A stretch of DNA of 64,000 nt from NCBI GenBank assembly GCA_963805085.1, contig CAWDTA010000001.1, forward strand, positions 322,800 to 386,799, in the 5' to 3' direction. The notes below the pieces were generated by a model, which ran no database searches, was not told the origin of the DNA, and saw only the letters and a program-made list of their open reading frames with translations. This DNA is from an uncultured Veillonellaceae bacterium (GTDB lineage Bacteria; Bacillota; Negativicutes; JARBTT01). Each line of letters begins with the position of its first letter. Position 1 is the first letter of the stretch. The translations under genes were made by a program, and so were the position numbers. This document shows, in pieces, positions 32,020 to 41,476 of the stretch.

Positions 32020-32114
32020 GGGGTCAGGCTTGAGTTAATTAGAAATTGACTTATTTTACTGATGAAAGACATAGAGAAAATAACGCAAATTTTGATATAA
32101 GTCAAGCCTGACCC
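32020..32114. repeat. Inverted pair GGGTCAGGCTTGA / TCAAGCCTGACCC (second REP-like family)
   Basis: 13-bp perfect inverted repeat about 70 bp apart, next to a transposase remnant. Confidence 0.6.
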
Positions 32115-32130
32115 TTCCTTCCCCCTAAAT

Positions 32131-32274
32131 AGGCAATCGATTGTATCCTTGCAAAGTCTGGAAATAGATAGACGTAATGAAATAATTAGACAAATCAAAG
32201 GAATAGAAGGAGTAACACAACGTCAGATTGCCAGAGTAACAGGGATTCATCAAAGTATTATTTTTAAGGTGTGA
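32131..32274 (+). pseudogene. C-terminal remnant of a REP-associated tyrosine (Y1/RAYT) transposase
   Basis: LQSLEIDRRNEIIRQIKGIEGVTQRQIARVTGIHQSIIFKV* resembles the HTH tail of Firmicutes RAYT-type transposases and is immediately followed by a REP-like hairpin. Confidence 0.55.
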
Positions 32275-32275
32275 G

Positions 32276-32304
32276 AGAAGCAAAAAGAACGTCCCCTTGC
32301 TTCT
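32276..32304. repeat. REP-like hairpin
   Basis: AGAAGCAA-aaAGAACGTCCCC-TTGCTTCT; the loop resembles the AGAACCGTCAC core of the array sites. Confidence 0.65.
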
Positions 32305-32372
32305 ATAGTTGCTACTTGATTAATGGTATAACTCAAATTTGAACTCTCCTTTACATGTTATTAAAAATTAGC

Positions 32373-32403
32373 TTGACTTAGAGTTAACTCGAAGTGTTAT
32401 TAT
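32373..32403 (+). promoter_or_regulatory. MerR-type promoter (19-bp spacer with palindrome)
   Basis: TTGACT-tagagttaactcgaagtgt-TATTAT. Confidence 0.6.
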
Positions 32404-32585
32404 CAGTATAAATCACAATAGTATAAATCACAATATAGCTATATTCAAGTGATTAATAAATGCTTAAAGCAATCTGGTAATATGTCAAGCCCATAAAAAA
32501 TAAATTTTGTAAGCAATCCGTAAAAAATGGGTGCACTAAACAAGCTTCTTCTTCAAAACAAAGAAAAAGTAAAATAATGGAACTA

Positions 32586-33866
32586 TTAAATTTGGCTTAC
32601 TCTACTTGGAGAGTAAAGCTGATGGTTGGCCAGCAATCCAAAAATCAGCCGGATGAATTTACGAGCAGTAAGTGCGAGTGCGCGTTTGTGCTGATGAGTT
32701 TTAACTTCATCATACTTTTTCTGGTAAAAAGCTGCATATTCAGCTAAATGATTCTTTACATGGCTTGCAGCTTCAATTAAATAGTATCTGAGATAAGTAT
32801 TGCCAGCTTTTGAAAGGATGGTATCATCGGCTCTGAAATTGCCAGATTGGTTTTCACGCCAGACAAGACCAGCATATTTAGCAAGAGCTTCCTGAGACTT
32901 AAAGGCCTCAATAGAACCAATCTCAGCAATAATGCCAGCAGCATAAACCGGACCAATTCCAGGAATGGATAAAAGGCTTTGGTAAGCGTTAGGATCAAGT
33001 CCCCGAAGCGTTTTCTCAATAGCCTTATTGATAGCCTTCATTTCAGATTCATAGGCTGAAATAAGGTTAAATGATGAGGCGATAGAGATAGTTAAAGGCT
33101 CGTATAAACATTTATCCAATCGGTAGGAATTGCGAGCGGCTTGCTGTAGTAAAGAAGCTGTGTGTTCAGGATTTGCAAAACGATTTTTGCCTTTTTTACA
33201 AATGTGTTCAATTAGTGCTGCCATCGGCATGTTAGCGATATCTTCGGTAGAAAGAAAATCAGTTAAAACCGAAGAAGCGGCAGCGCCATAGTTATTAGAA
33301 AAGGGCTGCTTATCATCGTCGAGAATAGAAAACTCACTAAATTTAAGAAAGATGTTTGAAAGCATATAGGTTTTCTCACGAGTAAGAGAACGAGCTATAT
33401 GTAATCGATGGCGAGTTAGACGCTGCAAAGCTAAAAATTGACTGCCGCGCCAAGGAGCAGAGGTAATTCTGCCAACTCTAGCAAAATCAGCGATAATAAA
33501 AGAATCAATTGCATCAGTTTTGCCTAGACCGATATAAGACTTTTTGTAATTGGCAACCATCTTGGGATTTATACAGTAAACATGAGTGTCAAATGGCATC
33601 AATAATTCACAGGAAGATAAGTAGTTAGCTATGTGAATACCATAGAAAGATGTAGATTCTAAGGCAACAACCAGCTTATTAAGATCATGATTTTCAGAAA
33701 AAAAATCATGAAACTTTTTAGCCATTTCAACTGCACCTGGTTGATTATTGGGCACAGTAAATCGCAACAGTTTTTGCTCTTCAAAATCAATAGCGCAAAC
33801 GACATTTTCGCGGGAACTTATGTCAATTCCCACAAACAAAGTAGAAAGAAGATCCGCCTTCTTCAT
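32586..33866 (-). CDS. IS110-family DEDD recombinase/transposase
   Basis: FVGIDIS, ALEST, GKTDAIDS, SIPGIG and YAGL..RENQSG motifs. Confidence 0.95.
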   Translation of the reverse strand: MKKADLLSTLFVGIDISSRENVVCAIDFEEQKLLRFTVPNNQPGAVEMAKKFHDFFSENHDLNKLVVALESTSFYGIHIANYLSSCELLMPFDTHVYCINPKMVANYKKSYIGLGKTDAIDSFIIADFARVGRITSAPWRGSQFLALQRLTRHRLHIARSLTREKTYMLSNIFLKFSEFSILDDDKQPFSNNYGAAASSVLTDFLSTEDIANMPMAALIEHICKKGKNRFANPEHTASLLQQAARNSYRLDKCLYEPLTISIASSFNLISAYESEMKAINKAIEKTLRGLDPNAYQSLLSIPGIGPVYAAGIIAEIGSIEAFKSQEALAKYAGLVWRENQSGNFRADDTILSKAGNTYLRYYLIEAASHVKNHLAEYAAFYQKKYDEVKTHQHKRALALTARKFIRLIFGLLANHQLYSPSRVSQI

Positions 33867-33879
33867 AGAAATGTCACCA

Positions 33880-34200
33880 CCTTTCTGGCTGAGAATAAGA
33901 AAGATAGAAAAGGAATACCCTGATCTTATTCACTGACCGCAGCCTCGCATAATAAGCATTCATCTGTGAAAGTAAATTTGCTGGAAAGCTTTCGCCAAGA
34001 GACGCAACATCTGTGTAAGCGGTATTTGATGAATAAGGCAGGCGTCAAGCTTTAAAAGCAATAACCAAAAGGTTTCGCAAGGAGATAAGACGTTACCTTT
34101 GCTAAAATCTCTTAGAAATATTTTAGCATCAAGGGATTCCTTTAAGCATTAAAAAATAAAAAATAAGTTTTGTAAACAATGGCGGATTATTGTTTACAAA
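33880..34200 (-). ncRNA. Putative IS110 bridge RNA (5' non-coding end)
   Basis: Lies downstream of the junction promoter; contains hairpins and segments matching both target and donor flanks; boundaries approximate. Confidence 0.6.
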
Positions 34201-34224
34201 ACTTATTATACGAGGAGAGTTATT

Positions 34225-34953
34225 ATGACAAATAAAGTGTTAATTTCCGGTGCGAATAAAGGGATCGGTTTTGAAACTGCCCGCCAATTAGGTCAACAAG
34301 GTTGGTCAATCTTATTGGGAGCACGTAGTGAAGAACGTGGCTTAGCAGCCGTGGAGGAGCTCAAAGCAGGTGGTGTCAATGCGGAATGGATCAAAGTAGA
34401 TTTGAATGATGTGTCAACTATTCATGCTGCTGCGAAATATATTAAAGCCAATCATGCTGACTTGAATGTTTTGATTAACAATGCCGGTATCCCCGGTGAC
34501 ATGCATAAGGGTGCTTTAGATTTCACTTCCGCTGAATTACGGGAAGTTTTTGATGTGAATTTCTTTGGAAACTTTGAAATGATTAAAGCCTTTACACCCA
34601 TATTAGTGGCTAATAATGGGCGTATCTTGAATTTGAGCATCCCAACAGTTGCCCGTGATTTCTTTGCACCTTTCGCTTATATGACTAGTAAAGCGTCATT
34701 AAACTCAATGATTGCGGCTTTTGGCGCGTACTATACAAAAAATAATATCTCAGTTGAAATATTTGGTGTGATGCCGGGCGGGATTACTACTGACTTGAAC
34801 GGAAATACGACAGGACCATTCATGAAGACTCTTCCGCAAGGTGGCAAGATCATTGTTGACCTTTTAAATAATGGAAAGCATCACCAAGGCAAGGTATTGA
34901 ACGAATATGGCGTGGCTATGGATTATGAAGCTAATTATTTACTAAAAGCATAA
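34225..34953 (+). CDS. Short-chain dehydrogenase/reductase
   Basis: SGANKGIG, LINNAG and YMTSK. Confidence 0.9.
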   Translation: MTNKVLISGANKGIGFETARQLGQQGWSILLGARSEERGLAAVEELKAGGVNAEWIKVDLNDVSTIHAAAKYIKANHADLNVLINNAGIPGDMHKGALDFTSAELREVFDVNFFGNFEMIKAFTPILVANNGRILNLSIPTVARDFFAPFAYMTSKASLNSMIAAFGAYYTKNNISVEIFGVMPGGITTDLNGNTTGPFMKTLPQGGKIIVDLLNNGKHHQGKVLNEYGVAMDYEANYLLKA

Positions 34954-35049
34954 AAACCATATAACTACCGCGTTAATAGGTTTATTTTAAAAAGTCATAG
35001 AAGCTATTGGTAATCTCTAATTAGGAATGAGATTCTATAAAATGGTATT

Positions 35050-36530
35050 ATTTTTTAGTGCTAAACTGATTATGGAGTGTGACTTTATCGGTAGGAAAAA
35101 ACAAGGATGATGAGAAATGAAGAACGTGGATATGGTAATATAGATAAAATGGTTTGTAGTAATTGTGTAGAGTCTGAAGTTTTTAAAGAATTTATTTTAG
35201 AAATTCCCTTGTAAAGACCTAAGCATCATATAATTTTATTAATTGACTTATTGCTAGGCTAGTCTTGAATTTTGATTAACTTAAAGTATGAATAGAGGTC
35301 AGTGTATGTACGGTAGAAATGAATTGTGTTTTTGTGGATATAGGTAAAAGTACAAAAGTGGTTGCTACTACTTTTTTTGTTTAAAATTGCTTGACTCCAT
35401 GGCATATGACAAGATATATTGTCTTTGATGGACATATAGTCCACATATAAGAAATCGTTACAAAAAGCTGCCCATCCTGGCGTAATGCTGGGGTGGGCAG
35501 CTTTTTGTCAATAAGCGGAAAGGAGATCAAAAGTGGAATAACTAAATCGTTATCTATCATGACAAATTATGATTGTTAAAACAATCAATTGTTTCCTATT
35601 TTTAATATAATAGGAAAAATTTACATTACCAGTTTAAATTTTACAATTATAGGAATTTATATAAGTGAAGGCAGATTCAAATAAAATTCAAATTAATTTG
35701 CCCATCTTTCTACTAAAGAGGTGTGTTAGATGACTCGCGGAACGTTTACTTAGCGGAAAGTTTAACTTTTCATGGATTTAAGTTTAAGGTAACAAAAATT
35801 TAAATGTAAAACAGGGGGAAACTAAAATGGAAAACAAGGTTTTATTTAGTGAGGAAACAGAAAGCAAAAGTATATCAATTGACACAGGAAAGATAAATAT
35901 TAATCCTATTACATCATCATCGTCCTTGCTTAAAGTAAGCAGCGACGATATAACGACTATTAATATTGAAAGCGATGCAGACGATTCTACTAATCATGCG
36001 CCAGTAGCAGGATTGGCATATTCGATTTTAAATCCTGCCACGCTTACATCAGACAATTACCTAACTACAAAAACACAAGTTGCATGGTTATTATCCTATA
36101 ATGGGGTAAATTATTCTTATGATCCAGATGGAGATAGTATAATAGCTTTCCAAGTAGGAGGCTTACCTTCAGGTTCTATTACTTCTACTGTTACTGATAG
36201 CAGCGGTACAGTTATTGGTTTTGTTGTACAGGTTACTACAGCTGGTACTTATAAAATGACTTTTAGGTGTGAAGATGAACATGGTTTATGGTCTAGCTAC
36301 TTAGTCGTTACCATGACTATAAAAGCGGCATCCTAAGTATAACTCATTTAATGCTCAGGAATATGCATGGAACTATCTTTTAATCTAGCGCTAAAAGTTG
36401 ATTGGTTTAAAGAAATAATAAATCAGATAAATTGGGGCTGGCTACTATTAATCCCTCCATTCTGGCATATCGCCGGGGTGGAGGGATTTTTTACTATATC
36501 AGAAAGTATAATATTTAGGGGGTAGTCATT
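35050..36530 (+). repeat. Long direct repeat, copy 2
   Basis: Near-identical to 10880-12606 minus ~245 bp. Confidence 0.95.
35827..36336 (+). CDS. Hypothetical PKD/Ig-like protein, copy 2
   Basis: 167/169 aa identical to 11903-12412 (N/D and N/K changes). Confidence 0.7.
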   Translation: MENKVLFSEETESKSISIDTGKININPITSSSSLLKVSSDDITTINIESDADDSTNHAPVAGLAYSILNPATLTSDNYLTTKTQVAWLLSYNGVNYSYDPDGDSIIAFQVGGLPSGSITSTVTDSSGTVIGFVVQVTTAGTYKMTFRCEDEHGLWSSYLVVTMTIKAAS

Positions 36531-37023
36531 ATGAAGAAAAATGGGAAATAGGGAAATTATGACTTTGTCCCGTTTGTCATGCTTCGCAAGTAATTTTTTT
36601 TAGAGAAAAATCGTTAAATAAAGCATGTGTAAGAAATAAATCCTAGCTTTATTGATACTGACCCAAACACAAGACGTTTTCTCTTAGGACATGAATACGG
36701 AACATATTGTAGGTCGACATACTTTAAGTGCGACGATACTAGTGAGTCTACACGGTTTTATTGTTGACCATTGGGTTTACATAGTAATGTGCATAATGAA
36801 TCTGATGACTTTATTATCATCAGATTCATTATGAAAAAGAAGATTTTGCCGATGATGTGGTTGATCCAGAAAATGAAATTCTAGCTATTAAATCTATTGG
36901 ATTTCAAGCGGGCACTCAAAATAGTAAAGAATGTAAGAGACGTATTGATCGGTAAAAAAAGAAAATAGAAACGCTAGCTGATGATTAGAATACTGATATG
37001 TTTTTAGATTACTTCCTTACATA

Positions 37024-37600
37024 TTGAGTGTGTTGCGGAGTCCCTTAAATATTCCCCAGTATACTTATAATAATCAGGACGAATATCAATATAGGAAGTG
37101 GGCATTAGACAACGCTTTATTTCTTAATCCTCTAAACGATTTACCCGTTTCTGAATTTTGTTTTGCTGCGGATGTTATCCAACTTCCTAATATAATTGCC
37201 AAAGTTGGCGAAAAACCAATATTTCATGGAATGTTTAATCAATTTAAGCAAGAATATGTATTTGCAAGATACCAGTATTATTACAGTCAGCAAATAACTG
37301 ATGAAGTACATTTTGCAGATAAGGATACTTGCTTGATAAATTTTGCGGACTATCCACAATATTCAATTCGTATTGAAATGATAAAATCTACTTTTAAAAT
37401 CTTGTATTCTATGTTAGATAAGATTGCGTTTTTTATTAATTCATATTTTAAATTGGGTATTAGAGAGCGAGATGTATCTTTTCATAGTATATGGAAAAAA
37501 AGAAAGGGCAGGAAAGAATGGATATAAATATAAAAATATATTAAATCCAAATGAAAATTTTGCACTTGCCTCAATATATTGGATAAGTAAAGATTTCAAT
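37024..37600 (+). pseudogene. LA2681-like HEPN-domain protein fragment (frameshifted, truncated at both ends)
   Basis: YRKWAL..LFLNPLNDL, FNQFKQEYVFARY and YSMLDKIAFFIN; the frame shifts in an A-run near 37495-37505 and continues as NGYKYKNIL..NFALASIYWISKDF. Confidence 0.6.
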
Positions 37601-37665
37601 CTCCAAAGAGCAAAGCAAAACACCGATTGTCATATCGAGAATGCAATCGATGTTTTGCAAGTTCA

Positions 37666-37956
37666 TTATTTTATCTCATAACAAAAAGATGCCTGTATAT
37701 CCAGAACGCCGCCTACATATTTAGCAACTTCCAAATGTGCCGGATGTGTAAGGTATGCATCCAAATCTTCTAAAGACGCATACTTTGTAATTAGAAGCAA
37801 ATCATAAGTGGTTTGCTCAGGACGTATGCTCTCTTCGACTCGTAGGTCCAGTAAGACATCTATTTTCCCCCTCATGCCGAGTAGAACAGCTTGTGCTTCT
37901 TTTACCTTGTCGGCATCTCGATCCTTTAGCTTTAATAATACAGTGTTTACAATCAT
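37666..37956 (-). CDS. Dabb family stress-responsive A/B barrel protein
   Basis: VLLKLK...LDAYLTHPAH. Confidence 0.8.
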   Translation of the reverse strand: MIVNTVLLKLKDRDADKVKEAQAVLLGMRGKIDVLLDLRVEESIRPEQTTYDLLLITKYASLEDLDAYLTHPAHLEVAKYVGGVLDIQASFCYEIK

Positions 37957-39065
37957 GGTTTCACCTCTTGTAATAATAATTTTGTTTGCGCAGTTTCTTG
38001 CCCGTTGATGAGCAATACAATTCGATGCATTCCAGGATAGTGTCGTCTTGTGGTAAGCTCGGCAAAGCTATGAATACGTGTTCCCGATAAATGTGCTTTT
38101 TCGGCTACTGTTTTATCCGAAAGGAAAAATAGTTTTCGGGATGATTTGCCATTTGACTTAATAAAGTCAATACCATATTCCAGACGGATATGGGCTTGCG
38201 TTTCCCAATCAATGTCCAACGAATAGTGCAGATTACAACTGTCTCCAATGTGAAGTTGATTCGGCTCAACTGTCAGGACAGCATTTTTAATCAAAGGCTT
38301 TTCTTCTGTAGATTTTGTGTAGCCAAACAGTGCTAATGCATCAGGATCAGCTTTACGAATAAGGGTACGGCATCCTTGCCGCAAAATCCAGTCTGTGTCC
38401 AGACTAGTACCAATCCAATGTTTTACCGTTTTTAAAACCAACTCTGGATTATCTTTTGCGATATCATTTAAATTGTTGGCAACACTTTTACGGACATAAA
38501 GAGATGGATCTGCTTTCAGGTTTTCCAATACTTCCAAAACAGGCGAAGGATCTTTCTTAAAAAAGGGAAGATCCATGCTCCATGGAAGACGGGGACGGCA
38601 ACCTTCACTAGAAAAACGCCTTACATGCTCATTCGGATGCAATGAGCATTGGAGCATGTAATTCATGACACGTGCAGGTTCTCTAAGTATAAATGGTCGG
38701 ATTGCAAACTCTGACGAGGAATGTTGTGTGAAATGCTCTAAAGCTTTCATAGAAAGATCCCAATGTTCTTCACTTAGCCCGTAAGTAGTGACAAAATCAG
38801 GCAAGAATAAATAGGGGAAACCATTGCAATCCTCATCTATTGAGAACAGTACCGCTAAAGCATCTTCATAGTGCTTGGGTAAATATTTACCTAAAACCTC
38901 GGCAATCCGGTGCATGCGAGCTCGTAACGATAATTCATCCCATGGATATGCTAGTACGGACGATACAAACTGTTCACAAGGGAATTTTCTATATGCAGTG
39001 CTTACCATGTATCCAAAGTCCTGCAAAAACTTTGAGGTATAAATATTCTTTAATGCATCACCCAT
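37953..39065 (-). CDS. DNA alkylation repair protein (AlkD-like/YhaZ HEAT repeat)
   Basis: SSEFAIRPF, HVRRFSSEGCRPRLPW and YVRKSVANNLNDIAKD. Confidence 0.85.
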   Translation of the reverse strand: MGDALKNIYTSKFLQDFGYMVSTAYRKFPCEQFVSSVLAYPWDELSLRARMHRIAEVLGKYLPKHYEDALAVLFSIDEDCNGFPYLFLPDFVTTYGLSEEHWDLSMKALEHFTQHSSSEFAIRPFILREPARVMNYMLQCSLHPNEHVRRFSSEGCRPRLPWSMDLPFFKKDPSPVLEVLENLKADPSLYVRKSVANNLNDIAKDNPELVLKTVKHWIGTSLDTDWILRQGCRTLIRKADPDALALFGYTKSTEEKPLIKNAVLTVEPNQLHIGDSCNLHYSLDIDWETQAHIRLEYGIDFIKSNGKSSRKLFFLSDKTVAEKAHLSGTRIHSFAELTTRRHYPGMHRIVLLINGQETAQTKLLLQEVKP

Positions 39066-39088
39066 AGAATTTCACCAATCCTAAATAT

Positions 39089-39430
39089 TTAATAAATTGA
39101 TAGTCCGATAATTTTATCATCCTTTATATTGAAACGGAAATCCAGTAGTAAAGGATCTGGTAAACCACTTTTATCGTAATCTCCATATAGTTTAAAAATA
39201 ATAATTATTTCATTAGAATCCTGTTTAATCTGCTTGGGTTCCAGCCTTACGTTTACGGCGAACTGATTTTCGTCGCTCCATTTTTTTATAGCAGCTTTTC
39301 CGTATCTTTTTTGATCTTCATCAACAACTATTGCATCCTCAGCAAAGCAATCTAAATATGCGTCAGGATCAGGTTTGTTAGTAGCAGTGACAAATTTGTC
39401 AATCACTTGCGGTATTTGACTTAAATTCAT
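39089..39430 (-). CDS. SnoaL/NTF2-like protein
   Basis: YLDCFAEDAIVVDE..YGKAAIKKW. Confidence 0.75.
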   Translation of the reverse strand: MNLSQIPQVIDKFVTATNKPDPDAYLDCFAEDAIVVDEDQKRYGKAAIKKWSDENQFAVNVRLEPKQIKQDSNEIIIIFKLYGDYDKSGLPDPLLLDFRFNIKDDKIIGLSIY

Positions 39431-39452
39431 TTTTTAGACTCCTTTTAATTTG

Positions 39453-40250
39453 CTAGACTGTGCGAATGATGCCACCGTCAATAATATGCTCACTGCCTGT
39501 GATATAGGAGGCCCTGTCTGATACGAGAAAGGCAACAAGCTCTGCGACTTCTTCTGGCTTTGCCGGGCGTCCGAGAGGGATACCGCCGAGAGAATCCATC
39601 AATTCTTGTCGGGCTGCATTATAATCACTTTTCGAGTTTTCAGCCATTCTTTCAATAAGACGTTCTGCTGCCTTAGTCTCAGTAAATCCGGGAGCAACCG
39701 TATTTATGCGAATGCCTTCCGATCCAAATTGAGTTGCAAGATTTTTGCTGTAATTAGTCAGCGCTGCCTTGGCTGCGGAATATGCCATCGTCATTTTTCC
39801 CGGAAGTCTGCGCTGAATAGAGGTTATATGGATAATAACTCCCTTATGCTGTTCGAGCATAGATGGTAAAAAGCCTCGATCCAAACGTACAGACGAAAAA
39901 AGGTTCCCATTAAAATTTGTCAGCCAATCTTCGTCACTTAGTGCTAAAGCTCCTGCAGTAGAGGTTGATGAACCACCTACATTATGAATCAAAATATCTA
40001 ATCCACCAAGTTTCTCCAGGGTTTCCTTGATGATTTTTTCGGTACCATCAGGTGTTTTGACGTCGGCTTGAATGAATCTTACGGAATCTGGTAAGTCATC
40101 AGGAACTGTTCGTGCTGTAGTTATTACGGTTGCTCCCGCTTTTAGCAAACGATTAACAATAGCTTGACCAATTCCCTTAGTTCCACCAGTAACAAGTACC
40201 CGTTTACCTTCAAGTTCTTTGCTCAAACCTAATAATAATTGATTTTCCAA
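39453..40250 (-). CDS. Short-chain dehydrogenase/reductase
   Basis: TGGTKGIG, YSAAK and IPLGRPAKPEEVA. Confidence 0.9.
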   Translation of the reverse strand: MENQLLLGLSKELEGKRVLVTGGTKGIGQAIVNRLLKAGATVITTARTVPDDLPDSVRFIQADVKTPDGTEKIIKETLEKLGGLDILIHNVGGSSTSTAGALALSDEDWLTNFNGNLFSSVRLDRGFLPSMLEQHKGVIIHITSIQRRLPGKMTMAYSAAKAALTNYSKNLATQFGSEGIRINTVAPGFTETKAAERLIERMAENSKSDYNAARQELMDSLGGIPLGRPAKPEEVAELVAFLVSDRASYITGSEHIIDGGIIRTV

Positions 40251-40306
40251 AATGTACTGCCTCCATTCAATTGATTTACATGTTCAGTATAACCAATGAA
40301 ACTTGA

Positions 40307-41233
40307 CTACAGTACGTCAGGTTTGAGCTGATATTTATTCGTCATGTCTTTAATACGATTTTTCATCTCTAAACGTATGCTCTGAGGTTCTATAACTTCA
40401 AGCAGCGATCCAAAAGAAAAAAGGTAATTGAAAATCCATTCACCACCCGGCATAGAAGCATTGATAGTATAGGAGCCGTCCTCATTTTTTATAATATCTT
40501 TTTCGGAGAAATCATCATATACGCGGTAAGCTCCCTTGGCTGATATTTTAAGTTTAAGGGGAATTGTAGCAGGTGCAGAATCGTTTGATGATACTGCTGA
40601 AGTTTTCTCCTGTGAAATGACCTGGCTACAAGGGGCGCCCGTAATTCGAACATCTGACATACGTGTTATTTTAAAAGTTCGACAGGAGGTACGTTGTAGG
40701 CAATATCCTTTCAGATACCATGATTTATCCTTGAAAAGTAGCTTTGTAGGTTCAACACGCCGATCACTTTTTTCACCAGCAACATTGAAATAGGAGAATG
40801 CGATTACTTGCTGCTTCAGTATGGCGTTTTTAAGCAGGCTAAATACCTCTTTTTGCTTTTTATCACTTCCCCAGGCCGAAAACTCTACTTCTATCCAATT
40901 AACTTTACTTTTTATAAATAGGCTGCTTAATTTTGCTAGTACACCATCGAATTCAGGATATCTGACAGCGGATAAGCTCTGTAAAGCAATCAAAATTTCA
41001 TCCTGCTCCTTATCAGAAAGAAGAGATTTATTGAGGATAAACTTTTCAGTCAGAGAGATTCCGCCGCCTTTGCCCTGGCTTGTATAAATGGGAATTCCTG
41101 CTTGGCTCAGTGCTTCAATATCTCTATAGATCGTCCGAACAGATACTTCAAAACGCTTGGCCAACTCCGGAGCGGTTACTGTGCCTTTTTCAAGAATGGT
41201 ATATATAATTTGCAATAGTCTGCTAATCTGCAT
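40307..41233 (-). CDS. YafY-family HTH-WYL transcriptional regulator
   Basis: ELAKRFEVSVRTIYRDI, RRVEP and WYLKGYC. Confidence 0.9.
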   Translation of the reverse strand: MQISRLLQIIYTILEKGTVTAPELAKRFEVSVRTIYRDIEALSQAGIPIYTSQGKGGGISLTEKFILNKSLLSDKEQDEILIALQSLSAVRYPEFDGVLAKLSSLFIKSKVNWIEVEFSAWGSDKKQKEVFSLLKNAILKQQVIAFSYFNVAGEKSDRRVEPTKLLFKDKSWYLKGYCLQRTSCRTFKITRMSDVRITGAPCSQVISQEKTSAVSSNDSAPATIPLKLKISAKGAYRVYDDFSEKDIIKNEDGSYTINASMPGGEWIFNYLFSFGSLLEVIEPQSIRLEMKNRIKDMTNKYQLKPDVL

Positions 41234-41476
41234 TTCATCACCTCAATTTAAGTATAAAACGTATAACTTGACAATAGTATGTCATATTATATGTTTTAAA
41301 GATATAAATATTTAAGTTTAATCACGTTGGCGATAAATTGAAGAAATACAATAAAAAAACATGATTTTTGTAATAAAAGGCAGAATTGAATTTGTAACCG
41401 TATGGATAAAAAGTTATAAATTTCCGAACAATATGGTATAATATAGTTCAAGTTAATTAAAAGGAGATGATTTGGA

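Larger units (their letters stand above)
32468..34214 (-). mobile_element. IS110-family insertion sequence, ~1.75 kb, bounded by a CT (plus-strand AG) core
   Basis: AG at 32468-32469 and 34213-34214. Joining the ends gives TTGACA-17 bp-TATAAT, and removing the element restores the RBS AAAGGAG of the downstream gene. Confidence 0.85.

Noticed and set aside
32405-32434. 15-bp tandem duplication AGTATAAATCACAAT x2 near the IS110 end
   Set aside because: It lies outside the inferred IS boundary, and IS110 elements do not make such target duplications; probably slippage.
40307-41233. WYL regulator as controller of the defence array
   Set aside because: It is a YafY-type gene co-oriented with SDR, SnoaL and alkylation-repair genes, 15 kb from the array; no link is visible.
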